From NCBI GenBank assembly GCA_002269645.1, contig NIVC01002295.1:1-64000 (forward strand): a stretch of 64,000 nucleotides of DNA, in the 5' to 3' direction. Source of the stretch: Macrostomum lignano (Eukaryota). The translations under genes and the position numbers were made by a program. This document shows positions 26,353 through 38,708 of this stretch, in pieces; the first letter of the stretch is position 1; every line of letters begins with the position of its first letter. Under the pieces are notes generated by a model. It did not search any database, was not told where the DNA came from, and saw only the letters and a list, made by a program, of their open reading frames with translations.

Positions 26353-26720
26353 GGATAAGCGCTGTTGTCTCTATGGAAACCAAGCATATCAGAGACACTT
26401 GGATAAGCGCTGTTGTCTCTATGGAAACCAAGCGTATCAGAGACACTTGGATAAGCGCTGTTGTCTCTATGGAAACCAAGCGTATCAGAGACACTTGGAT
26501 AAGCGCTGTTGTCTCTATGGAAACCAAGCGTATCAGAGACACTTGGATAAGCGCTGTTGTCTCTATGGAAACCAAGCGTATCAGAGACACTTGGATAAGC
26601 GCTGTTGTCTCTATGGAAACCAAGCGTATCAGAGACACTTGGATAAGCGCTGTTGTCTCTATGGAAACCAAGCGTATCAGAGACACTTGGATAAGCGCTG
26701 CTGTCTCTATGGAAACCATC
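26353..26720. repeat. 48-bp near-perfect tandem repeat, 7.7 copies
   Basis: Unit GGATAAGCGCTGTTGTCTCTATGGAAACCAAGCGTATCAGAGACACTT; period 48 measured at 26401/26449. Confidence 0.97.
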
Positions 26721-27574
26721 ATTTAGACAGAAAAATGAATCACGGATTTTAACTTTCCTAATGTGGAACTAAAAGTTGTTGTTGTTCTACAGGCAAAGAC
26801 AAGTAATACGCTTCCCAAATAAGTGCATATGAGAAGCGACGCAAAGTGAAAGATAGAAAATGAAAAAAATCTTAATAAGCAGAACCCTAGAAAACAAGAA
26901 TACGATTCGGAATTATTATTAGGAAAACTGTATTAGCACAACGCTGTACAGGTAATGATAAACTGTATGGGGTGAATTTTCAGTTAAGTTCCAGTGCAGT
27001 TTAAGAAAAAGTACACAGAAAGCACTCGCTCTTCTTAAGTTAAGTTAAACTATAATTTTTTTAAGTTAGTAATACGCACAAGAATATTTGATTTGCAAAC
27101 GACACATGGCCACGAAATTTGGCCAGCGCGTGTCATTAATACAGAATAATTAGATTACAGCATTAAATAAACTATACCAATAATTTAGATAAGCGAAAGG
27201 GAAAAACACAATAAATTTAAGCAATGCATTAAAGTCAAATTTTTTATCCACTCGATTACTTGATAAGCAAAAGTGTTGCAAGGCTGGAATAAGTGCAACA
27301 GTATATGGTGCAAAAATAATATTAATAATCCGCAGTATACGTAGAGTACAGGTTAGAAAACTTAATAATTAAATGAATCAATTAAAAGGGACAACGAAAA
27401 AATGGCCTTCTTTTCTTAGAAAAATAAACTGTAGTGAAGAATTAAGCTACTACATATGGATAAATATATATTATACTCGCGGGTCTGATCGCAAGGCAGA
27501 GAAGAATTCACGGTGTCGTTTTTACAGTTCCTAAATTTGGTGTAGCCTGGGACAGCCTGTTTGTTTATTTAGAG

Positions 27575-27890
27575 CAGGGAGTCCGCAAACTTTTATGACT
27601 CAAGGGCCCGACAAAGAATCCAGCTCGCCGCTGCGGGCCAGGTGAGACAGGGAGGGAGGAAAGGAAACGGAAAGAATATTAAAGATGAGACGAGAGGTAA
27701 GAGAGGAGAAGAGAGGCGAAAGATGAGATAAGAGATAAGAGGACAGATGAGAAGAGATAAAAAAAAAGTGAGAGAAGAGAAGAGACACAAACCCAGAGCG
27801 GGCCAGATGTGACGTATCAAAGGACCCGAGGGCCGAATAGAGAGGCTTCGCTGGCCGCATGTGGCACGGAAGGGGCTCATCAAAGCAACT
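27575..27890 (+). mobile_element. Charlie-type hAT MITE fragment with GA-rich core
   Basis: Starts CAGGGAGTCCGCAAACTTTT; GGGCC subterminal motifs; right terminus not found. Confidence 0.4.
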
Positions 27891-28086
27891 GTGCAAATCA
27901 GATCTTAGATTCAGGTAAATCCACTGCAGTTGACATAAACCCCAATTCTAATCCCCTTCAGAGCCCAACTGGAGAAGGTAGCCAAATAAGGAAGTGTTAA
28001 AAACGGCCCGCCGTCTCAACAGAAACAGTAGATGGGGGGGGTGTCTGGCCGCCAGTCCACAAGGCTAAGAATAATTCCGTATCCTG

Positions 28087-31000
28087 CTAATCGACATCGG
28101 CGTCGTCCTCATCGCCGCCGGCTATGAAGTTGCCACCAACCGGATTGAACTTGCCGGCCGCGCCTCGCCCGCTTTTGTCATCGTCGTCGTCGTCGTCCCC
28201 GCCTCCGCCGCCGCCGCCCCCTCCTCCGCCGGCGGCGCCGCCAGTCTCCGAGCCGTCGTCGTCTTCAGCTAGGAAATCCCAAACTAAAATTGTATCGTCG
28301 TGCGACGAAGAGACAATTTGGAATTCGTCGAATTGCAAGCGGAACACTCGGCCGGTGTGCTCCACTAGGGTGCCGACGCACATAGCCGCAGGCGACGAGC
28401 GCGGATCCAATGCCGCCGGCAGGTCCCAGACTTTGATTTTGCCGTCGTAGGCGCCGGAGACGATGCGCTTGCTATCGAATCGGATGCAGCGAACCAGCTC
28501 TTCGTGGCCTGCGGGTGGCGGCATTGAGCGCGCACAATGTAGTCAGATTGTTGAAATTGGCGCGCAAACTTTTTGGTTTATATTAAAAATTTTTCTTGCA
28601 TGGTAATTAGGTATCATCTGTTGCAGTGCGCTTATCCCAAGATTGATTAGATAGTGTCTGCGCGTTTATCCCTATATTGATTAGAAAGGATCTGCGCGCT
28701 TATCCCCATATTGATTAGATAGTGTCTGCGCGTTTATCCCTATATTGATTAGAAAGGATCTGCGCGCTTATCCCCATATTGATTAGATAGTATCGGCGCG
28801 CTTATCCCCATATTGATTTGATAGTATCTGCGCGCTTATCCCCATATTGATTAGATAGTATCTGCGCGCTTATCCCTATATTGATTAGATAGTATCTGCG
28901 CGCTTATCCCTATATTGATTAGATAGTATCTGCGCGCTTATCCCTATATTGATTAGATAGTATCTGCGCGCTTATCCCTATATTGATTAGAAAGGATCTG
29001 CGCGCTTATCCCCATATTGATTAGATAGTATCTGCGCGCTTATCCCTATATTGATCAGATAGTATCTGCGCGCTTATCCCTATATTAATTAGATAGTATC
29101 TGCGCGCTTATCCCCATATTGATTAGATAGTATCTGCGCGATTATCCCTATATTAATCAGGTAATATCTGCGCGCTTATCTACATATTGATTTGATAAAA
29201 CCTGCGCTTACTTTCATTCCCATTGCATAAGGAACTGAGCTTCAATGGAATTGCAATTCCTTACCTTCCAGCACGCGCAGACAGCTGCCAGTCTCGATGT
29301 CCCACAGCCGTATTGAGTTGTCGGACGAGCCGCTGACCACTAGACGGTCGCGATATTGCAGACAGGCGATGCCGCGCTTGTGACCGCTCAGGGTGCGCAC
29401 AAATTCGCAGCTGGTTGTGTGCCACACCTTCAATTGAGTCGGTAAAGGAATACTCAGGTTGTATCGCGAAATGAGACCGGATGCAATATCTGCTTCACCC
29501 TGAAGCTTCAGTGTCCTCCCCAAAACTTCAGTGTCTTCTCCAAAACTTCAGTGTCTTCCCCAAAACTTCAGAGTCTTCCCCAAAACTTCAGTGTCTTCTC
29601 CAAAACTTCAGAGTCTTCCCCAAAACTTCAGTGTCTTCTCCAAAACTTTAGAGTCTTCCCCAAAACTTCAGAGTCTTCCCCAAAACTTTAGAGTCTTCCC
29701 CAAAACTTCAGAGTCTTCCCCAAAACTTCAGTGTCTTCTATAAAAACTTTAGAGTCTTCCCCAAAACTTCAGAGTCTTCCCCAAAACTTCAGTGTCTTCT
29801 ATAAAAACTTTAGAGTCTTCTCCAAAACTTCAGAGTCTTCCCCAAAACTTCAGAGTCTTCCCCAAAACTTCAGAGTCTTCCCCAAAAGTTCTGTGTCCTC
29901 CTCAAAACTTCAGTGTCTTCTCCAAAACTTCAGTGTCCTCCTCAAAACTTCAGTGTCTTCTCCAAAACTTCAGTGTCCTCTTCAAAACTTCAGTGTCCTC
30001 CTCAAAACTTCAGTGTCCTTCTCTAAAACTTAACTTCTATGTTATTATAATCCTAAAACTTGAATTGCTATTATTATTATTATTATTATCCGCTCAACTG
30101 AAATGCCACTGACAAACTACTAGCCCCGCATAGCAGCAGCAGTAGTATATAAAAGCGAGCAAACCTTGATAGTTCGGTCGCCAGACGCAGACACAATATA
30201 GCGCTGGTCAAAATCTACAACGTTAACAGCGGCCCGATGGCCAACTAACACACGGCGAAGAGTGATTTCTTTAGGCGAGACCATGTCCCACACGGCGATG
30301 GATCTGTCTTTAGAGCACGTGACCATGAGACCCTCGGCGAAGCGCAGGTGCAGTACGGCCTCGCAGTGATGGTACAGAGTGTTTAAAGCTTCGCCGGAGT
30401 GCACGTCCCAGACGCGGACTGTGCTGTCCGATGAGCCGCTAATGATGATGTTTTCATCGTATTGAAGGCAGAGCACTGAGCCGGAATGCCCGGTGAGCAC
30501 CTTGGGGATTAGGAGGGATTTAGATATGGTTGAAAGCAGCTTGCCTAGCTAAGGCGATTTTACTTGATTTTTTAGTTGTAAATCAAGTTTACAAATCTGG
30601 AATTCTTATAGCAGATTCTCAAATCTGTACAGTTTATAGCAGATTCTCAAGTCTGTAAAGTTTATAGCAGATTCTCAAGTCTGAACAGTTTATAGCAGAT
30701 TCTCAAGTCTGTACAGTTTATAGCAGATTCTCAAGTCTGTACAGTTTATAGCAGATTCTCAAATCTGTACAGTTTAAAGCAGATTCTCAAAACTTCAGCA
30801 GCATAACTAACATTATAAAAGACTCACCTTGATGCACTGAAAGGTCCTCCGATCCCAAACCTTGATAGTATTGTCCCGCAAGCCGCTGACAATCTTGTCC
30901 TCGTCGTACTGCAAGCAATACACACCCTTGGACGCTTCGCTCTGGCACTGGATTTTGTGCAGCCTATACTTGCCGCTGCGCCAGTTGTTCTCAATGCGCT

Positions 31001-31463
31001 CAATATCCTGCAGTATTCTGGGATACAACTGCCTATAATAGGCATTATCTTTTGGTTGGCAGCCCCGCTGCGGCCTAAACAGATCCTGTAGCCAGCCTTT
31101 GCGCTCGGCTAAGCCGCGCCAGAGATTGTCGGAGCGGACCTGAAGTTCGATCAACTTCTTCCATAGCAGGCCGTCGGCAACAACCCGGCGCCATTCGCGG
31201 CAAACCAATTCGGCAGATTTGAGCGATTCGGCGTCTAAATAAGCGAGTATCTTCTCGGCCAGGTGGTCCAGGCCTCTAGCTGGCAGGGCGCTGATAAAGT
31301 CCCGCTGCAGCATGGGAGCCAGGAAGGCTTGCACCCTGCCGTGCTGATAATGCGTCATCTGCTGCAGCAGCGACTCTACAAAGTGCGTCTGCTCCTCCTC
31401 CGACCAGGAGCTGAAACGCTGGGCGCAGCCGCTGCATTCGTCAATGTAGCGCTGTGACAGCTC
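28087..31463 (-). CDS. BTRC: beta-TrCP / slimb (FBXW1/FBXW11) F-box WD40 protein; exons 31463-30828, 30500-30165, 29427-29265, 28508-28087; 5' exon(s) not located
   Basis: D-domain ([23 protein letters not shown]...[23 protein letters not shown]), F-box, and seven WD40 repeats ([24 protein letters not shown]; [12 protein letters not shown]; [12 protein letters not shown]; [13 protein letters not shown]; [12 protein letters not shown]; [30 protein letters not shown]). All introns are GT-AG, phases agree, no frameshifts. Confidence 0.97.
28625..29210. repeat. 34-bp minisatellite (CTGCGCGCTTATCCCYATATTGATTAGATAGTAT)n in a beta-TrCP intron
   Basis: About 17 copies; period 34 measured at 28861/28895. 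Confidence 0.95.
29500..30025. repeat. 20-bp minisatellite (CCAAAACTTCAGAGTCTTCC)n in a beta-TrCP intron
   Basis: About 26 copies read directly. Confidence 0.95.
30605..30790. repeat. 28-bp minisatellite (TATAGCAGATTCTCAAGTCTGTACAGTT)n in a beta-TrCP intron
   Basis: About 6.5 copies; period 28 measured at 30607/30635. Confidence 0.93.
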
Positions 31464-33713
31464 CTGGGGGTTGTGGCAGAAATTATTATTTTCTACTTTT
31501 GATAACTTTAGTATTGAAAGCATTTTTATTACCAATCTTTCATAGTTTCATTTCAATTCCTATGCAATTGCATCTTTAAGGGGAGTTTACACATATTTCA
31601 GATTTATTCTAGAAGGGATTATAGAAAAACATCATTTTTAAGGAAAATATTTGGCAATGATAATTTTTGCTAGTGAATTAGCATTCTAGCAACAAATTGA
31701 CTTCTTAAATATAATAGAAAGTGTAAGCTTATAGGCATATAGCTATTGGTAATATAATTCCCAATAGCTAAATTCAAATAGTAGCTAAAAACATATTTAT
31801 AGACACCCATTTTATTTCAATGTGACCCTTGGCTATAAGTAGGCTTTTAGTTTTAGAGTCAAAAATGCATATCACTAGCCATTTTTTCATTTTGTCTATA
31901 ATTTTGGGCTAATACTTCAGTTCAGTTGTCTTTATTTATAATTTTAATATATTAAAAAGTAACTAAAACTAAAACATTTAATATTTAAAAAATTATATAT
32001 AAAAGTTATATATTTTAAAAATATATAGAGACTTTACTAAGGGTCCCTTGACCTGTACAAATTGTTTTATTGAACTTTTGTTTACTGATAAGTGAGCAAA
32101 TAGGAAAAAATATTTTGTCAAATATAAATAGAATACAAATACAAATAGTTAATTTTAACTTGGTTCAAATCTCTATAGTCTTAGTTATTTAAAGCAGTGA
32201 CTGCAAACAAGTGAGGAGTTCAAAGCAGTACTTGCCAAATAAAGCAGAATTGCAAAGTGAACCTGTTTTAGGTAGCAAAAACGGCATTTTGCCAGTTGAA
32301 TAAGCAAAATTATTTATTTAAAAATTCTTTAAAATTATAATTAACTTTATTCAATGATTATTGAATAAAGTGTTCTGCAAAAGAAAAAGGGATAGATTGC
32401 CTAGTGTCATATAAAAGGGAAGGAGATACCCAAAAATAAGAACATTTAGACAGATTAAGAATGATGCAGTACTAAGGTAAGTTGTAATAGACTGTAATTC
32501 CATGAAGGAAGTCAGAAAACCCCTTAATTATTAGTAATGTCATTTTGAAATTTGTAGTTAGTAATCAACAATGTCTTGCCACTTAGGCACTGAAACTACC
32601 AAGGGTAAATTATACTGACAATAACCTATAGTCCATACTCCCAAAGATGCTATTTTTGGGAAATTCTTGAATGCAACAAGGTCCTAAGGAGTCTAGTGCC
32701 ATGTGCATAGCATACATTAAGGAGTTGACAAAGTTTTTTTGGCATGCTCCTTGCAGCAATGCATGCTAAAAAAATTTTAGATATCACCATTGTCAGAGTC
32801 ATGCACTATGCCATACAAAAATTTCTTGGGTCTTAAAACATGATGTGATATTTTTATTTTTTAAGCTTTTTATGACAACTTTAAAATAAACATTATTTTT
32901 TATTGATATAAGATAAAAAAGAATAACTATTTAGGTCACTACAAAATTTAAGCATTTTTAAAACTGTTGTTTGTTAGCACTCTCATTTCTAAAAGTTTTG
33001 AATACTTTTTCTAACATTGATTGGACCTTTCATAGCCTGCATATATTATAACTCCCTTTCCTCTCTTTTGGTCTACTGGTCCATTGGTATACACTAGGTA
33101 GATTTGATCTAACCCTCTTGCATGCAATGTGTAGGGTAGAGCCCGACCAGGATCCCAATCCCAATCCTGACTTGGTCGGGACCCAGCTGTTTTTTCAGAT
33201 TCCTGACTATGTTGGGAGTAAGTGTGTGGAGTTGGGAAAAGTCAGGCAGGATTATAAAAAGTTTTTTTTATATTTTAAGTATACCCTAAAAATTGTTTAG
33301 AAGCAATTTTGAAAGGACTAAATGAGGTAAGTGTGCCAAATTGATTTGTTTTTTTTAGTTTGAGCCTTTGAGGTTTTCTGATTTCCTAGAATATCTTCAC
33401 TTAAATGAATCAATCAACTTACTCAAACAAAAAGTAATTGAAAAGCCCGATTTTGTACTAAAAGTAATATTTGATAATCTTTAATTATTAATAATACTAA
33501 CAAAATGAAAATTATAAAGTTCAGTGCAAAAATATGACAATAGTCAAATAGGTTGAGGTTTGAAATTCACTAACTACTAAATTTTCTTTCTACTCAACTG
33601 CTCAACAAAACTTGACTTGAATACTCAGCTCAAACTCCCAAATTTCAATCAAGTACTTGACTTGACCAAAACTTAAGTTTGTCTGGGCTCTACAATCTAA
33701 TAGTACTAACTTA

Positions 33714-36396
33714 TATGAGGGGTATCCCAAAAGTAGTGTTAATTTTAATCATAGCTCTCATTCTATAGCTTCCTGTGATTTAAAATTTTATGAACTAATA
33801 GCGGCGAATCTCTTCTACAAACTGCTTCTTGAATTTTAAAAATTGATGCTGGAGAAAAAAGTTATACCCACAAAAGTAACAAAGCCTACACCATAGAGTT
33901 ACACAAACTATCAAATTTTATAATATAGCTTTTTGCAGCCCATTTGGGCTTCTGCACATTAAATTTAATCAAAGATAGGTTTTCCAAAGTAAATGAGCTT
34001 TTGTCTATTGTCACAAGGGTGGCAGAGCAGCATTTAATTTGGTCCAACAAGCATCAATTTGGTTCATAGCGACTATGAAACCCAATCAAGAGTTGCAGCT
34101 ATAGAATTCAATTTATTTAAGCAAATTTCACTGTACTAAAGTAACACCTGATAACATCAGAAATGTATTCTACTTAACTATAATTATGGAACAGATTTTT
34201 TTAGCATAGTCGAAACTCTGCTGAGGAAAACAAAGATTAATTGACATTTTCTCCTGAAATGCAAGTAGGCACGAAATGCAGCATCTGCCAATACCAACCT
34301 GCACACTTTAAAGGTGTGATGGCAGCTGTAGCAGCCTCTGCAATCCACTGAAGTACCAGTATTCTCCATTGGCCAAGGGTGGTTGATCAAGCTCTAGTTG
34401 GGTGGCCAGGTCACTGAGCTCCTGTTTGATTACAGCCTTCAGGCAGGAATGGGCAGCCTCAATAGGATTCAGAAATGGAGAATATGGGGGCAATTGGATG
34501 AGCTGGATCCTGTCCTAATGTACTTCCAGAATCTGGGTTCCGTTATGAAACTGCGCACCATCCATAATGATGCGCACCTGTTGTTGGGCATCTAATCCAT
34601 GAAGTTTGAGTAGGGACCACACAAGTTCATTGATGCACTGCTGAAACAGATCACCAGTCATAGTCTGGCTCACAACTTTGTGGTAGACAAGTCCAATGGT
34701 TGGTGAAATTGCTTGCAGTACATTCACTTGATGACCTCACTGAGAATAAATGGTGCACCATATATGCTGACCTTGATGACCATGACCTTGCATTCTTCGA
34801 GTCCAAATGTTAAATCCTGTCTTGTTCAGATAAATTAGAAGTCACAGGGTCAAGAGCTGTCAGCCATTCAGCAAACTCCTGTCTTCTTGCAACCATCTGC
34901 AGGCTGTTGCGCACTGCTGGAATGTCAGTATCTCTACCAAGAATTTTTAGCATAATCAGTTGCTTTTCCAGAGCTCTGCTGATAGTGGAGATACTGACAA
35001 CTAACTGGAACTGTTGGTTTAGCTCCTGCTGCAGCATTTGCTGCAACATCAACAAAGGGTTTCTCTCAATTGCATTGAGTAGCAACTGGACCTAAGGCTC
35101 TAGGAATTTGCTTTGGCAATTGCCACCTCTTTGCAGACGATCTCTTCTGCCAGTGGTTTCAATGCACTGACAGATGCTTACATAAACCATTTTTTCTTTG
35201 GCATTTAGCAACGTTGCAATGTCCTTAGGGTGTTTATGTTTACCTCTATCAAGTGCTTCGATTACAAGCCTATGCCATTCATTTGACAGTCTAGCATATG
35301 GACCACAATCCTGGGGCTGAGCTTGCTTCTCCGCAGCTGTTGCAAATGAAGCTATGCTTCCATTCTCACTTGCTTGTGTCAGTCATGTCTAAGTTAAAAG
35401 CTAGGGGTAAACCTATAATCTACAGCCGCTATGGACCAAATTGATGCTTGTTGGACCAAATTAAATGCTGCTATGCCACCCTTGTGACCATGAAAAAAGC
35501 TCATTTACTTTGGAAAACCTATCTTTGATTAAATTTAATGCGCATAAGCCCAAATGGGCTGCAAAAAGCTATAGTCAACTTCTGCACTCATTCATTAAGA
35601 AGACATTGATAAATGTCTTGTTTAAGCAAAAACAAGGCCCAATTGCAAAATGATGCTCTCTGTGGCTGCCTGAAATTAGTTTATGGATAAGATCATATGC
35701 AGAAAAATAAAGCAATTATTTATCGATGACCATAAATTAAGCAATTAATTTATTACTTTACTTGCAAACAGAGGAGCTTATATTTTGCAATTTGTTCATT
35801 ATTTCATTGCCCATACTTGACAACACACATGGATGTGCACTCAGTTATTGCTCAGCGAAGTGCCATCATCACTCTTTGGGCCAGTGCCTCAGAAATTCAC
35901 ACAAAACTTTGCTCTGCGTATGGATCCTCTGCAGTCAGCAAAATGACAGTTTATTGATGGATGGAGTAGTTCAACGAGGGAAGGACTGATGTTGCAGATC
36001 AGCATTGGACAGGGTGGCCATATGTTCATTGACCTGATGTACTGGCAGACTCTATTCTAGAGCTTCTTGACGAGGACTCCCAAATGATCATTAGAAAGAT
36101 TGCTAACAGGTTAGACCAGCCAAAATCAACAATCTATCAAAGCATACTCAGCATGGATCTTGTGAAGCTCAGCACTATGTTGCAATGTTGCAGTTCCTAT
36201 AGTTTGTGTAACTCTATGGTATAGGTACTATTACTTTTGTGGGTATAACTTTTGTTCTTTGGTATCAATTTTAAAAAGTCAAAAAGCAGTCTGTAAAAGA
36301 GATTTGCCACTATCAGTTCATAAAATTTTAAATCATAGGAAGCTATAAAAAAGAGCTATGGCTAAAATTAACACTACTTTTGGGACATCCCTTATA
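33714..36396 (+). mobile_element. Decayed mariner-like element with TIRs of about 200 bp (host of a nested Tc1)
   Basis: TATGAGGGGTATCCCAAAAGTAG...TTACACAAACTAT (33714-33910), inverted at about 36199-36396, in TA context. Transposase remnant ASEIHTKLCSAYGSSAVSKMTVY*W..FNEGRTDVAD...IIRKIANRLDQPKSTIY at about 35880-36170 is Mos1-type HTH. Confidence 0.85.
33924..35573 (-). mobile_element. Nested Tc1/IS630-type element with a pseudogenised transposase (about 34180-35390)
   Basis: TIRs of about 150 bp (TATAGCTTTTTGCAGCCCATTTGGG...CCCAAATGGGCTGCAAAAAGCTATA). LIYLNKTGFNIWTRR (decayed first D), RIIMDGAQFH and LPPYSPFLNPIE (D33E spacing as read); in-frame stops. Confidence 0.9.
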
Positions 36397-37472
36397 TTAA
36401 AGTACAAGTTAGGCAAGTATAGTAATAGCACTTGACTATTAATACTAATTAATACACATGCATATATAATAATAATAAATGCATCCTTACTTAGCCATTG
36501 TATAACTAAATACGCCTGGATGCCAATGGTGAATCTTGATCCCAATCCCAACCAATTGTAAGTTCCAACTTTTATAAATTGAATCCCACCTGGCTAGATT
36601 TTTCCTAGGACTATCCCAGCCAGGCTCTAGTATAGGGCAACAATGTTCTCCCATGCATAGCGCATACTTGGGAATGTGGCCTATACTCAGTATCCAGCTA
36701 GTAAATAATTAAGAAATTAGTTATAAAAAAAGTTAAAGCATTAGTATAAGTTTTAGAGATTTTAGAAAAATTAGGTTAGAAAAAAACTTAAATGCAACAT
36801 ATTACAGTTCTAGTGTGCGGATCATATATCCGTATACGCCAGACCAAATTTGGGCATCAAGGACTTTGTATGCCAAAAACAAAATGTTGTGCTAAAATGT
36901 ACACCAAAATTCCTAAAAAAGTAATACGGTTTTCACCAGTTGAGTTTTCTAAGAAAGGCTTTTGTATGAAAAGTGTTTTTAAAATATTACGAATGTTTTA
37001 AATTTAAACAAACTTAAATTATACCTACAAAAAATATGATGTAAAATTGATACTCTTAGCAAAAATTTACACTAATTTTATTCATTGTTAATTTCAAAAG
37101 AAGCAAAAATTTTATCACTGACAATACAAATTGTCTGATACTTTACATAAAAACATTAATTTACATTATAATTTTTATACATTGCGCCAATTTATTCACC
37201 AAAATTTGTATACCAAAAAAGTATATGTGGCTAAGTTACTTGTGTATGCCAACAAAGTTCACTAAGGGTTGTTTGTGTATACTGATTGTGTATACCAAGG
37301 ACTTAGGGTAGCCATTTTATACGCCAGAAAAGTTCCAGCATACATGCATACTATCCACAACCTGGTTACAATTGTGGGATTAGATCAAATTAGAGGAAAA
37401 AGGGCTATCACAACTTGGTTTTAACAATGCATTGTTGGGAAATGCATTGTATACCTGCTAGCTATCAGTAAA

Positions 37473-38063
37473 GGCAGTGCTTATCTCCACGGTACCGTAG
37501 GAATAATTTCTGTCTTATTCCAATGGTACCGTAGGGATAATTTTCTGCTTATCCGCATGGCACACTGACGAGATAGCTGCCCCATCTTCTACATATGCTG
37601 TGGGTTCATAATTTAGTTTAGTACTTACGGTTTGAGTGCAATATAACAACATAACTTTGCTTGGCCATTATTTCTATAGAAGTAAAGATTTAATGGCCTT
37701 TTTACGCAAAAAAACACTTTTTTGTATTTATGACGTATGATTTAAGATGAATTGCTCTAGTAATTGTTTACAATTTAAGAACTTTTAGCAACTAGTCTAA
37801 TCCCGACATCCCCGAAAAGTCCATTGCCGCTGCTTCTGTAGACTTCTTACTAGACATGTAAATTCTCAATTTGTTTGTATAGATTATTGCATTGCTTCAA
37901 CAATTCACCCGTGCGGATAAGCAGAAAATTATTCCCACGGCATATGTAGAAGATGGGGCAGCTATCTTGTCAATGTGCCGTGCGGATAAGCAGAAAATTA
38001 TCCCCATGGTACCGTTGGAATAAGACAAATTATTCCTACGGTACCGTGGGGATAAGCACTGCC
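37473..38063. mobile_element. Mutator-like MITE, 591 bp
   Basis: TIRs of about 130 bp (GGCAGTGCTTATC...GATAAGCACTGCC); perfect 9-bp TSD ATCAGTAAA (37464-37472, 38064-38072). Confidence 0.92.
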
Positions 38064-38152
38064 ATCAGTAAAAATGTATAACCTAGACAATATAATGGCT
38101 ACAACTTGGCCAAAAATGCTATGGCTGTCTAGTTATAATTAACACTAAAATT

Positions 38153-38708
38153 CCATAGTCCGGATGGTGTAATGTGGTACACTGGAAGGAAAAAGGAGGA
38201 TTCCCAAGTGGTACGCCAGTGGTTCACCAAAAGAACATTTCAACTTTGAAAACGGTAAAAATATGGCGGACAAACTTTAATAATTATTAAAAAATAACAG
38301 ATATAATCAGCGCTCAGAAATTTATTTACCAATAATACTAGGCTAAATTATTTTATTAATATATTTATAAAATGATTAATCAAGTTATACAATGCAGGAA
38401 AAAATATATGCAATTTTTTACTTAAAATACATTGTCGTGTGATGTAGTCGTATTTTGTATGTTGTAATTTACGCAAAATTACAAAAAGTTTTTACTCTGG
38501 CAACGATTTTTTTGCCTGGTAGTGCCAATGGTACGCTAAAAGTGGTAGGGCCTATGCCAATTCAACTTCAGCTTGGTGGTACGCCAAAGGTGGTATGCCA
38601 AATGCTTTTTCGAATCGGTGGTACACCAATGGTGGTACGCCAATTTTTCGGAAAACTCATTTGGTACGCCGGAAATCTCTGGCGTACCAGTCACCTTCTG
38701 GAGTATGG
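38153..38708. mobile_element. hAT MITE, 556 bp, CCATAGTC TIR family
   Basis: CCATAGTCCGGATGGTG...CACCTTCTGGAGTATGG; 8-bp TSD CTAAAATT (38145-38152, 38709-38716); subterminal GGTACGCC motifs. Confidence 0.88.

Noticed and set aside
26353-26720. CRISPR-like appearance of the 48-bp array (and of the 34-bp and 29-bp arrays)
   Set aside because: Units are contiguous with no unique spacers, there are no cas genes, and the context is eukaryotic and spliced.
33137-33693. hAT-like element with TAGAGCCC termini
   Set aside because: Only about 10 bp of inverted match and no TSD.
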